A program made the position numbers and the translations under genes. The notes beneath the pieces are model-generated. The model was not told where the DNA came from and searched no databases. It was given only the letters and a program-made list of their open reading frames with translations. From positions 1 to 27,279 of IMG/VR virus record IMGVR_UViG_3300011443_000046: a DNA stretch of 27,279 nucleotides; one strand, given 5' to 3'. Below are positions 9,801 through 16,609 of this stretch, in pieces. Positions within the stretch are counted from its first letter, which is position 1. Each line of letters begins with the position of its first letter. The stretch is from a virus. Lineage: Duplodnaviria > Caudoviricetes.

Positions 9801-11065
9801 TTTGTGCCGCCCGTGAAATTTAGAAGAATGTCCGACGTGCTCCTCAGTTGGATATCGTTTCCAGACCCGCCCCACACAGCGAAGTAAACCTCCGGCGGCG
9901 TAACTCCACTCGGGTAGTTTGTGACTGCCCCGCAATACCAAGTTAGTGGCATGCCGTCGTACAGCCCATTGGTAGTTGCCAGCGTTATGGTATCGGCGGC
10001 GTCGTCGTAGGACGATATCTCAAACTTCTTTATCGAGTTGCCATACCCGGTTTCCTTTCTCGGCCCGCTAAACATGAAGATCCGGGAATAGGTATTCTTC
10101 CATGTGTACCTAGTTGTCCAAAGAGGCGGGAACGGTGTTCCGGTCGTTGACCCCCGGGTGCGACCGGCAATGTCGCAGTCCATAAACTTTAAATCGGAGG
10201 ACACTGACAAAAATACGCCAGATCCGAAGTAACAGTCGCGAATCTGCGAGGAACCAATCCCGGCCCGCGCAAAGAACCCGTAGCCAACGGTGTTGACGAT
10301 GGCCAAACCCTCAATGACGAAGTTCTTGCACTGCTGATCGTCGACTAGGATGCCGGTCTGCCATAGAGCGTTTGTGTCTTGATTATCGTAGTCTCCGTCT
10401 AGGATGAACCCCTTTAACGTCGAGAAGCGAGACCGATTCGTGACACCGTTTCTGACGTACTCACCGAGATGCAGCATTGCATTATGGCCGAAGTTCGGTC
10501 CGGCCACTATGCGCGGAGACGCCCTGTCTTCTGGAAAGCCCTTCGACGCCGACCCATCGTTAGCCGCCACGATCGACACGCCGTATGGTAGGGTCAACGT
10601 GTCGGTGATTTTGTAGACGGTTCCTTGAGGCAGCACCAACGTGCCGAAATCCCCGGCATCGACGTTGCCTATTTGATTGGTTTGCAGACGGTCGCCAATG
10701 GCCCACAGCGCGTCCTGAATTCTCACTGTATCATCCGTGACGCCGTCGCCCTTGACCCCCCAGGAGCGGGCCGTCATCGAATCCTTGTCGACCCGCTCCC
10801 ACCGACCCGTGCTCGTCGTCGCGAGATAGTACCCGCCGTCGACGGCGTTCGTCGCAAGAGCGTTGTAGAAGTAGGCGCCACCGCCGTTGTCGCCCTGACT
10901 GCCGTACCCACGGACTGTCGCCGTCACCTTCTTGCTGGTCCCTGACGCAATGGCGTTTGGCGGCGTGTTGGTCATCGCCGCGATGGTGTCGAACGTGAGC
11001 GTGTAAGCCTGTCCCCCGGCGAGGACAGGCATGAACACCAACAGCCAAATGACAAAGGTTCTCAT
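6836..11065 (-). CDS. Large tailspike/tail fibre with pectate-lyase-3-type beta-helix, fibre repeats and signal peptide (1409 aa)
   Basis: ATGA overlap at 11062-11065; ARSWGVKGDGVTDDTVRIQDAL beta-helix start; fibre motifs LLNRTNHVGTQ, PTTLGGYGITDA, GDILYRDATGW...QVLTLASGLPSW; N-term MRTFVIWLLVFMPVLAGG|Q. Confidence 0.85.
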   Translation of the reverse strand: MRTFVIWLLVFMPVLAGGQAYTLTFDTIAAMTNTPPNAIASGTSKKVTATVRGYGSQGDNGGGAYFYNALATNAVDGGYYLATTSTGRWERVDKDSMTARSWGVKGDGVTDDTVRIQDALWAIGDRLQTNQIGNVDAGDFGTLVLPQGTVYKITDTLTLPYGVSIVAANDGSASKGFPEDRASPRIVAGPNFGHNAMLHLGEYVRNGVTNRSRFSTLKGFILDGDYDNQDTNALWQTGILVDDQQCKNFVIEGLAIVNTVGYGFFARAGIGSSQIRDCYFGSGVFLSVSSDLKFMDCDIAGRTRGSTTGTPFPPLWTTRYTWKNTYSRIFMFSGPRKETGYGNSIKKFEISSYDDAADTITLATTNGLYDGMPLTWYCGAVTNYPSGVTPPEVYFAVWGGSGNDIQLRSTSDILLNFTGGTNTGDALYMGDEDAPLMLIAGDSQNNFSRFDDFRLEDNGGDLIVLRGSDANVYSGFVADFAYTNTSRFLRLKHGADQNLFTGSFFAWTSSANQGYAAPETIIEFDSTSNNNAFRGVKITGNTGVRVIDNSLDVPANSFDTLAQSEQLSIRGDNPTIRFEDLDIGKTNVLSGSNENLMFATDQTGATEDNYLWRFDGLTGQMTVVGEESDDAPGLFVIGYSNSPPQITMLRTTGGRTNITGTSVSSLGSIFFAGHDSNAVTSARGGMIGYAPTVWNTTNHNTEIYFEVTPQNSTSRVETVRFESDGTITHTDDAPVYAAVPTNGTSGLRFTVPSTHSTNTLFRWQHGSSTMFQLDKTAYPNAGISTWISNALRRISVTNINGAAVLYAEGFAGPGTGGGGTGGAGATNGTSVFVDAAGPYVSLNLGDSAEIAVDVTGSTNAAHSLVDGSISTNRIDANFHSLLLAGGGGGSDVKVDAGSTLATADFTSTDIITFGETGGSVTATVANASIGTNKLTAAALASLLNRTNHVGTQNWNTLFSTPTTLGGYGITDAQYTNATLTRLAGIGAGVSGDILYRDATGWTNLAKGSDTQVLTLASGLPSWAAATGGSAGTNFGSLMQVVGGFDVKFNTPVLDSEILVTNAMFGIVTGLTVTDGDSVTPIFLTVTLSNYFTTTNYGVFMTAEGNTADALPVMTIEEGQQHTNECRLLISGAWNAAAPDQRVIIWFVDYNASANVVGNGTISDTAFASALNGQTTVAPSQNVLYDWGHLFDTDDDGKVNVVDIASGFALADSGGALTAVSATGSGNVMRTRTGVIREIWIPANAMGGGTSDAPTASTNVWATTTDGQRAETWDFSATSTNSVYWTLTLPQAWDAGTVKAKVHFKQVTAEATSTNVWAFGGGSLNSGETGGNTLGTLVNLTTVGANDTNVLTITAATSAVTIGGSPAAGHMTWFTLKRLPGHADDNSSVLERLFGVHLQYTETTTEPSAW

Positions 11066-12084
11066 TCCTGCGGGTAGATTATCAGCGTTCGTCGAAGTAT
11101 CGCCCCGTCGGCTGATTCGAGGATGTCTGTTCCAGTGACCGTAAGACCGGCTTCCGTCGTCTTGAACCACTGCGTGACGATGGAATCGCCGACCGTCTCG
11201 AAGTTCTGGCACCACGCCGTCGACCAAAGAGACGTATCGCTCGCCAGCATGTCGGCGACTGTCGCGAACTCCTGATTGACCGAGCCCGTGCCGGGAGGCA
11301 CGGACGGAATCCCGTAGCCGTCCTCTTCGTCGCTTGTGTAGACGACCGTCGCGTCCCAGATGTCGCCCTTGAACTTCCAAGGCCTTGGAAGGTACTCGAT
11401 CCAGGGTTCGAGGACACAAGGGTCCAAGACTTGGACGCCGAGTGACGACTCCGCGTAAGGCACATGCGGCTCGTTCCGGTTCTCCCGTGGATCGCAGGCG
11501 AACACGCCTGCGACCTGGTCTATCGTAAAGAAACCCGTCTGCTTGAACGGGACATAAGCGTCGAGTTCGGAAATCTCGCCCCAATACAGGGTGTTGGTCG
11601 GAAGCGTTCCGGCAGGAGACGCCGTGTGGGCCTGATAATGCAAACCGTCGTCGACGTAATACACCCGGTCGCCCTGTTCGTAATCGACGGTCACGTCCCA
11701 ATACGTGCGGTCCAGCGACCGCACGGCTTCGGCCCAGTACGACAAATTGACCGTCACGACGCCATCGGCGTCTATCGTCGCCGGTTCCTGCCCGGTATGC
11801 GCCTGGATCGCCTGATAGTACGCCGCCGCCTGGTCAAACCAGACAAAGTCCCCGGCGACATAGGCCGTCGTCGATTCCCACGCGTCGGCAAAGTGGCGCT
11901 TCTCGACCTGTGTCAGTTCGCGCCAGAAGGCAGCAGGATGGACCTTGCCGTAGGCTTTCGTGATCGCCCGCTTGGCCATGTGCCACTCGCGGTCATCAAG
12001 CAGGAGGGTTCCGTCGTCGTCCGTCTTCCAGCCCATCGCGTCGGCAACGCCCTTCAACACCTCGCTGTAGGGAACACTCCTCAT
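11062..12084 (-). CDS. Head-to-tail adaptor-like protein with CBM5/12-like repeats (340 aa)
   Basis: Helical N-term (MRSVPYSEVLKGVADAMG...AFWREL), position after capsid genes; W..T..Y..GD.V[WY][FY]...Y.A repeats. Confidence 0.65.
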   Translation of the reverse strand: MRSVPYSEVLKGVADAMGWKTDDDGTLLLDDREWHMAKRAITKAYGKVHPAAFWRELTQVEKRHFADAWESTTAYVAGDFVWFDQAAAYYQAIQAHTGQEPATIDADGVVTVNLSYWAEAVRSLDRTYWDVTVDYEQGDRVYYVDDGLHYQAHTASPAGTLPTNTLYWGEISELDAYVPFKQTGFFTIDQVAGVFACDPRENRNEPHVPYAESSLGVQVLDPCVLEPWIEYLPRPWKFKGDIWDATVVYTSDEEDGYGIPSVPPGTGSVNQEFATVADMLASDTSLWSTAWCQNFETVGDSIVTQWFKTTEAGLTVTGTDILESADGAILRRTLIIYPQE

Positions 12085-12377
12085 CGCGTGCGAACCTCCG
12101 GTTGGACGAAATCGCCCCTATGGGTTGCATGGCGCCATGCAAGATCGTCGAGGGTCGAAACCGTGTCGCGAGACTGCGCCCGTTTCTTGTCCAGGGCATC
12201 CGGCCCGAGAAGATACGCGACCGCCTGCTCAACCAGATACTCCTCGAAAATATCGAGGATTGGGAGCTTGGCCCACTTCTCCGGGGTGTTTAACGGCGAC
12301 TCACCCGGATTCGTGGTCGCGATTGCCGCGTACCAGTCGCCTTGGCCGTCGACCTCGAAGTATGCTTGGCTCGGCAT
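12081..12377 (-). CDS. Adaptor C-terminal-like fragment (98 aa)
   Basis: Starts with second half of a CBM-like repeat (AYF...GDWYAAIATTNPGESPLNTPEKW), then amphipathic helices (IFEEYLVEQAVAYLL) typical of adaptor C-termini. Confidence 0.6.
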   Translation of the reverse strand: MPSQAYFEVDGQGDWYAAIATTNPGESPLNTPEKWAKLPILDIFEEYLVEQAVAYLLGPDALDKKRAQSRDTVSTLDDLAWRHATHRGDFVQPEVRTR

Positions 12378-12385
12378 GGTTCATT

Positions 12386-12814
12386 CTAGAACCCGGCCTT
12401 GGTGAACTTGAGATGGAGCAGGCCGGAAACGGCTTGTGTCGCACCGTTCTGAGTCGTGTAGAGGCGGAAGAAGGGAATCGCGCCGACGACGATATTGGTC
12501 ACGGCGCCTGAAACGGCGGTGCTGGACGTCAAGGTTGGGACGACAAGGGTCGTGAAGTTCACCCAGTTCGTCCCGTCAATCGACGACTGATAGGTCGCGG
12601 TAATGTTCGCGACAGTCGACGTGGCGGCCAGGCCAAAACGAAAACCGACGGCTACCTCACGGCTGTTGCCGACGCCGATCAACGCATTGTTGGTGATCGT
12701 GGACGACGCAGGGATCGCATTCGTCGTGTCGAGGAACAGGGGAGTCTGGGCATGAGCCGCAACTCCCATGCCCAGACCAGCAACCCCGATGACCCATGAG
12801 GAGAGAAATTTCAT
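12386..12814 (-). CDS. Small beta-sandwich virion/decoration-like protein with signal peptide (142 aa)
   Basis: MKFLSSWVIGVAGLGMGVAAHA|QTP (AxA site); QSSIDGTNW motif. Confidence 0.7.
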   Translation of the reverse strand: MKFLSSWVIGVAGLGMGVAAHAQTPLFLDTTNAIPASSTITNNALIGVGNSREVAVGFRFGLAATSTVANITATYQSSIDGTNWVNFTTLVVPTLTSSTAVSGAVTNIVVGAIPFFRLYTTQNGATQAVSGLLHLKFTKAGF

Positions 12815-13299
12815 TTCACGAGACGACGAAAGCGGTAGGTCGTGTTGGACGAATCCGTGCCGTAGCCGACGATGTCGAGAATTGCGCCGGTGCCGTTCGT
12901 CAAAACGGTCGGCGTATTCGCCGTGACGTCGGCTGACTGGAACGCCGTCGCAGGGACGGTCAGGTTAACACCCGACCCGGAGGCGTTCAGGATCAGGAGA
13001 CGATAGGTCGCTCCTGCGATATTGTTCGTCACTCCTGTGATCGCCACATGGTTCGTCGCCTGGATGAATCCAGCTGGCGAAGCCGCGAAGTCGACGAGGA
13101 AGTTCGTGGCAGCCGTCGGCGCAAGCGTTGTCGTCGACAGAACCGACCGGCCATAGGCCGTCTCGTTCGACGAGATGCTCGGCACGCTCCACGTCGCTGC
13201 GCCGGTCAGGAACTTTCCGGCATCATTGGGAAACTCCGGCACCTGTGCGGTGACGCAAAGCGTCAGCAGCGAGAGACAAAGAATCGTAAAAGTTTTCAT
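12811..13299 (-). CDS. Short fibre-like protein with signal peptide (162 aa)
   Basis: ATGA overlap at 13296-13299; MKTFTILCLSLLTLCVTA|QVP; fibre motif PNDAGKFLTGAATW; beta-rich C-terminus. Confidence 0.7.
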   Translation of the reverse strand: MKTFTILCLSLLTLCVTAQVPEFPNDAGKFLTGAATWSVPSISSNETAYGRSVLSTTTLAPTAATNFLVDFAASPAGFIQATNHVAITGVTNNIAGATYRLLILNASGSGVNLTVPATAFQSADVTANTPTVLTNGTGAILDIVGYGTDSSNTTYRFRRLVK

Positions 13300-13640
13300 C
13301 GGTATCCTACCTGCACTTTGGTCGGCGCTTCGCGGACGAAGAATTCCGGCCCCTTTTTCTTCAACCACTTGATGAATTCAGGATCGTTCCAGACCAGTTC
13401 CTTCGCGTCGCAAACGCGGCTGAAGTGCCACTCGAGCATCGGATCAATGACCATCGTACAGGGACCGAAATCCTTGTGCGTCACTCCGGGCACCGCAGCC
13501 GCATTATAGATTTGATGAAGCTTCGCCTGTCGCAATTTCGCGATCGCGATCTTGGCCATGTAGCGGTCCGACAACGTCGAGCGTATCCGCTCACGGACGT
13601 CCTTCGGCAACTGCGACAGGTCAGAAGTGATCGCGGCCAT
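13296..13640 (-). CDS. Hypothetical phage head-region protein (114 aa)
   Basis: Coupled ORF downstream of capsid genes; plausible composition. Confidence 0.75.
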   Translation of the reverse strand: MAAITSDLSQLPKDVRERIRSTLSDRYMAKIAIAKLRQAKLHQIYNAAAVPGVTHKDFGPCTMVIDPMLEWHFSRVCDAKELVWNDPEFIKWLKKKGPEFFVREAPTKVQVGYR

Positions 13641-13642
13641 GT

Positions 13643-14143
13643 TCAGGGACGGGTTCCGCGGACGCCTTCGAGACCTTCGAGGTAATCGCGGACGTGGAAG
13701 TACAGATGGACTTCGCCGACAGTCGCCTCCGAAACAAGCGGAGAACCACCGTTGGCGACCGTAAATAGAGCGTCGACCGTGTCGGCTGCCAGATAGGCAT
13801 ACGGCGTGGTCGTCGCAGCGCCGACTTTATAGACGACATTCGAGCCGTCGGCAGCGAGTTCAGTCTGGCCTAGGAATCGGGCGGTCGAGCCGCCGTCGCC
13901 GACTTCGACAAGACAGGAGGTGATCCCGGCGTCAGAGAAATCGAACGCCGTGACAAGATCCAGTCCGGCAAAGCCGACTACCGTGCCCGCTGGCACGGTC
14001 GAGCCGCTCGCGACGAAGGGCAGGCAGACGACGATCCCGGTCGTCGCTGCGGCCATTGCCGCAAGGTCGGTCGCATAGATAATGACCTTGTGCGTCGCGA
14101 GGTTGAATGCCTGCTCGCTGGGAGAAAGTTTGACGTATTTCAT
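13643..14143 (-). CDS. Putative capsid decoration/cement protein (166 aa)
   Basis: Immediately after MCP; Ala/Gly/Val/Thr-rich beta protein (LVEVGDGGSTARF); no signal peptide. Confidence 0.6.
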   Translation of the reverse strand: MKYVKLSPSEQAFNLATHKVIIYATDLAAMAAATTGIVVCLPFVASGSTVPAGTVVGFAGLDLVTAFDFSDAGITSCLVEVGDGGSTARFLGQTELAADGSNVVYKVGAATTTPYAYLAADTVDALFTVANGGSPLVSEATVGEVHLYFHVRDYLEGLEGVRGTRP

Positions 14144-14188
14144 TGGTCCAGTTTGGTTGGTTTGTTCCGTTTCTTTTTCTCCCAGAGA

Positions 14189-15202
14189 TTAAGCAGTCGG
14201 AGCCCACTTGCCTTCCGCCTTCGGATTCTTGCAAATGAGCATGTAGATGGCCTCGCAGAACGCCTCATACGCCCCGCCCTGGTACGCCTTGCGCTGCCAA
14301 GTGGGCTTGGTGTTCCAGGCCAGTTGCCACATATCGCGGTGGAGGAAAAAGGTCGTGTAGTTGCGAGGCACTCCCGTCGACGGCGTATCGAACTGCCGGT
14401 TGCGCCAGGAGAGCCGCAACTCGACCGTGCCGAAGTCGGTTCCGTAACGCTCCATGACGACGCCTCCGGTGTTGACCGAACCCTGCTGGTAAACCACGCC
14501 GGTTGCGCCGGTCGGCGTGCCGCCGATCAAGGTCGAAGCCGGGGTGAAGTACGGCATCTTGTTCATGGCCATCTTCGCCTTGGGTGCGACAAAAGCCGTG
14601 ATTGGATCAGAGCCCTTTCGGATCGTGCCCATTGCGCGGAAGACGTCGATGAAGGCGTCCTGATTGATCGACGCCGTAGCGGTCGTAATGCACTGGTCGG
14701 CTCCGGGCCGAAAGGCCGACGGCACAATGTCGATTGTCTGAGCCGCCGTCTGGACCCAGGTCGAAACGCCCCGCGTAAGCGACCCGACGGTTCCGCTGTC
14801 GGCCCGGCCTTCGTCATTCCCCAGGAACGAGGCTTCAAGGTCGCCGGACAGTTCATACGTCCGCTTGATGATGTCGCGAGCGAGCTCGTCGTTGACGCCT
14901 GCGATGTCCGAAACGTCCTGATGAAGTTTCGAGACGGCGGAAGCCTTCGTCGCATACTGGACGCGGGCGACTAGCTCGCCGCGGTCGTCGCCAGCCGACA
15001 AAAAATTCGTGACCGGCGTTCCATCAGGATGAGAGTTCACAACCGGATCGGCATAGATCTCGGCCTGATAGCTTTTGACGGTGTTGACCGGCTTCTCGCC
15101 CGACATCAGCCAGCTCATGAACGGAAGGCTCTCGGCCTCCACGTTCGTGATCATATTCGCCCAGTCTTCCTGATTACCGATAATGTTGTCGTAGATCAGC
15201 AT
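14189..15202 (-). CDS. Major capsid protein, SU10/DUF5309-like (337 aa)
   Basis: N-term GNQEDWANMITNVEAESLPFMS matches the G.REDL...I.N+.P...PF pattern of this family; YGTDFGTV; LICKNPKAEG. Confidence 0.85.
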   Translation of the reverse strand: MLIYDNIIGNQEDWANMITNVEAESLPFMSWLMSGEKPVNTVKSYQAEIYADPVVNSHPDGTPVTNFLSAGDDRGELVARVQYATKASAVSKLHQDVSDIAGVNDELARDIIKRTYELSGDLEASFLGNDEGRADSGTVGSLTRGVSTWVQTAAQTIDIVPSAFRPGADQCITTATASINQDAFIDVFRAMGTIRKGSDPITAFVAPKAKMAMNKMPYFTPASTLIGGTPTGATGVVYQQGSVNTGGVVMERYGTDFGTVELRLSWRNRQFDTPSTGVPRNYTTFFLHRDMWQLAWNTKPTWQRKAYQGGAYEAFCEAIYMLICKNPKAEGKWAPTA

Positions 15203-15208
15203 GTTTCG

Positions 15209-16261
15209 CTACTTGTCACCCAACAGTTGACGGACGTACGCCTGACGATCAGCGGGGCTTGCGCCTCGGCCTACGGCTTTAGCCCTGAGTTGTTCGACAC
15301 CCGTTGCTGGAGAGGCAACGGGCTTTGGAGCACCCGGAAGCCGGGGAGCCTGGGGGACGCCTTTTGGTGTCGTCGGCTTCGCCGGTGGCGCTGCCACCGC
15401 ACCCTGTTTCGCAAATCTCGCTTTCAAGGTCTGAAGTCCCAAAGCCGAAATCGCCGCCATCATTGCCCAGTCGGGCGCTTTCTTGAGCCAGGGCCGTGCG
15501 GCGAGAATGTTCTGCATCTCCTGATGCAGCCCGCTGCCTTCATCCCCCATCTCGGGAAAGAGTTCGGCGACTTTTGCAATCGCCTGTTCTTCTGTTCGCA
15601 GGAACGACAATCGTTCCGGCGCGGCCTGAATCACTTTCCTGGCGTGACCTTTCAAGGTCACCAGTTGTTGGCGGACGGCCTTGCGATCCCAGCCGCCCGA
15701 CGGCGGCGGAAAACCCTGCTTCTCCAGTTCTGCCCCGATCAGTGCCGCGTCCTCGTCGCTATCGAGTGAATCGAGGCGTTCCTCGACCCAGCCGTGCGCG
15801 ACTTGTGCGTCTGACAATTTCCGGCCCAGAACTTCAGGATCGGTCTCGTCAGCAAGACCAATGTCTTTCGGCTGTTCGACCTTCTTGCGAAGCTCGCCGA
15901 CTTCCGACCGTAGGTTCGCCAGTTCTTCCTTGGCCTGGTCGCGTTCGTCGCGAAGCGCCTTTTTCTGATCCTTGAGCTTCCGTATCCGCTCGATCTTCTT
16001 TCGAGCGTCCTCTGCGGACTCCGGTCCGCTGTCGTCGTCGTCGTCCTGAGAAAGAGCGACCTTCGGTTGTTCCGCTGGAGCGGGTGACGTTTGCTCCGGC
16101 TCGACTTCCGTCGGTGCGACAGGTGTCGCTTCTGGAGACGCCTGCGTCTCCGGTTCCACTGGTTCAAGGTACGAGCGTACCTTGTCGAATATTGATTGCG
16201 GGGTTTGAGAGGTTCCCTCGCCACCTTCGGTTGCCGCAGCAACCACTGTTTCTTCTGGCAT
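15209..16261 (-). CDS. Capsid scaffolding protein (350 aa)
   Basis: Acidic/Pro-rich disordered N-term, central coiled coil, basic C-terminal helix; between portal and MCP. Confidence 0.8.
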   Translation of the reverse strand: MPEETVVAAATEGGEGTSQTPQSIFDKVRSYLEPVEPETQASPEATPVAPTEVEPEQTSPAPAEQPKVALSQDDDDDSGPESAEDARKKIERIRKLKDQKKALRDERDQAKEELANLRSEVGELRKKVEQPKDIGLADETDPEVLGRKLSDAQVAHGWVEERLDSLDSDEDAALIGAELEKQGFPPPSGGWDRKAVRQQLVTLKGHARKVIQAAPERLSFLRTEEQAIAKVAELFPEMGDEGSGLHQEMQNILAARPWLKKAPDWAMMAAISALGLQTLKARFAKQGAVAAPPAKPTTPKGVPQAPRLPGAPKPVASPATGVEQLRAKAVGRGASPADRQAYVRQLLGDK

Positions 16262-16341
16262 AGCGTTTACAGCCCGCTACCGGGCATAGGGCGTATCGCC
16301 CTTGCGCTATGCGAAGGTCAACGGAGCATGGGATGCTCCGT
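16258..16341 (-). promoter_or_regulatory. Structured leader of scaffold gene (three-way junction including the start codon, plus an upstream hairpin)
   Basis: gcatagcg 16258-16265 / cgctatgc 16305-16312; inner gcccg-ctac-cgggc 16272-16285 and agggcg-tat-cgccct 16288-16302; acggagcat-ggg-atgctccgt 16321-16341. Confidence 0.55.
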
Positions 16342-16375
16342 ATCGAAATGTATCTAAACGGGTGCTTTGAAGTGA

Positions 16376-16609
16376 CTACGTCACTTCAGGAGGAGCATTG
16401 ACGACAGCGCGAATCCGCTCGACCTCCTCGACCAGGCTCATGGCGCCGAAGGCTGCGCCGTCTATGAACGTCCGGTCGTCTGCCGAAAGGCCACGAACGC
16501 CAGCGTCCGCGACCGACTGAAGTGCGGCTTGCTGCGCAAGGTCGCGCAAACCGATCATCAGTCTATCGTCGTCGGCTTTGCCGAGAAGGGCTTCTTCGAG
16601 GTCGGTCAT
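16376..16609 (-). CDS. Small post-portal helical protein (77 aa)
   Basis: ATGA overlap with portal stop; usual position of a small conserved gene in podovirus-like head modules. Confidence 0.7.
   Translation of the reverse strand: MTDLEEALLGKADDDRLMIGLRDLAQQAALQSVADAGVRGLSADDRTFIDGAAFGAMSLVEEVERIRAVVNAPPEVT

Noticed and set aside
11066-11701. N-terminal 212 aa of the 1621-aa ORF
   Set aside because: Arg-rich alternative frame over the adaptor gene; the real start is the ATGA-coupled ATG at 11065
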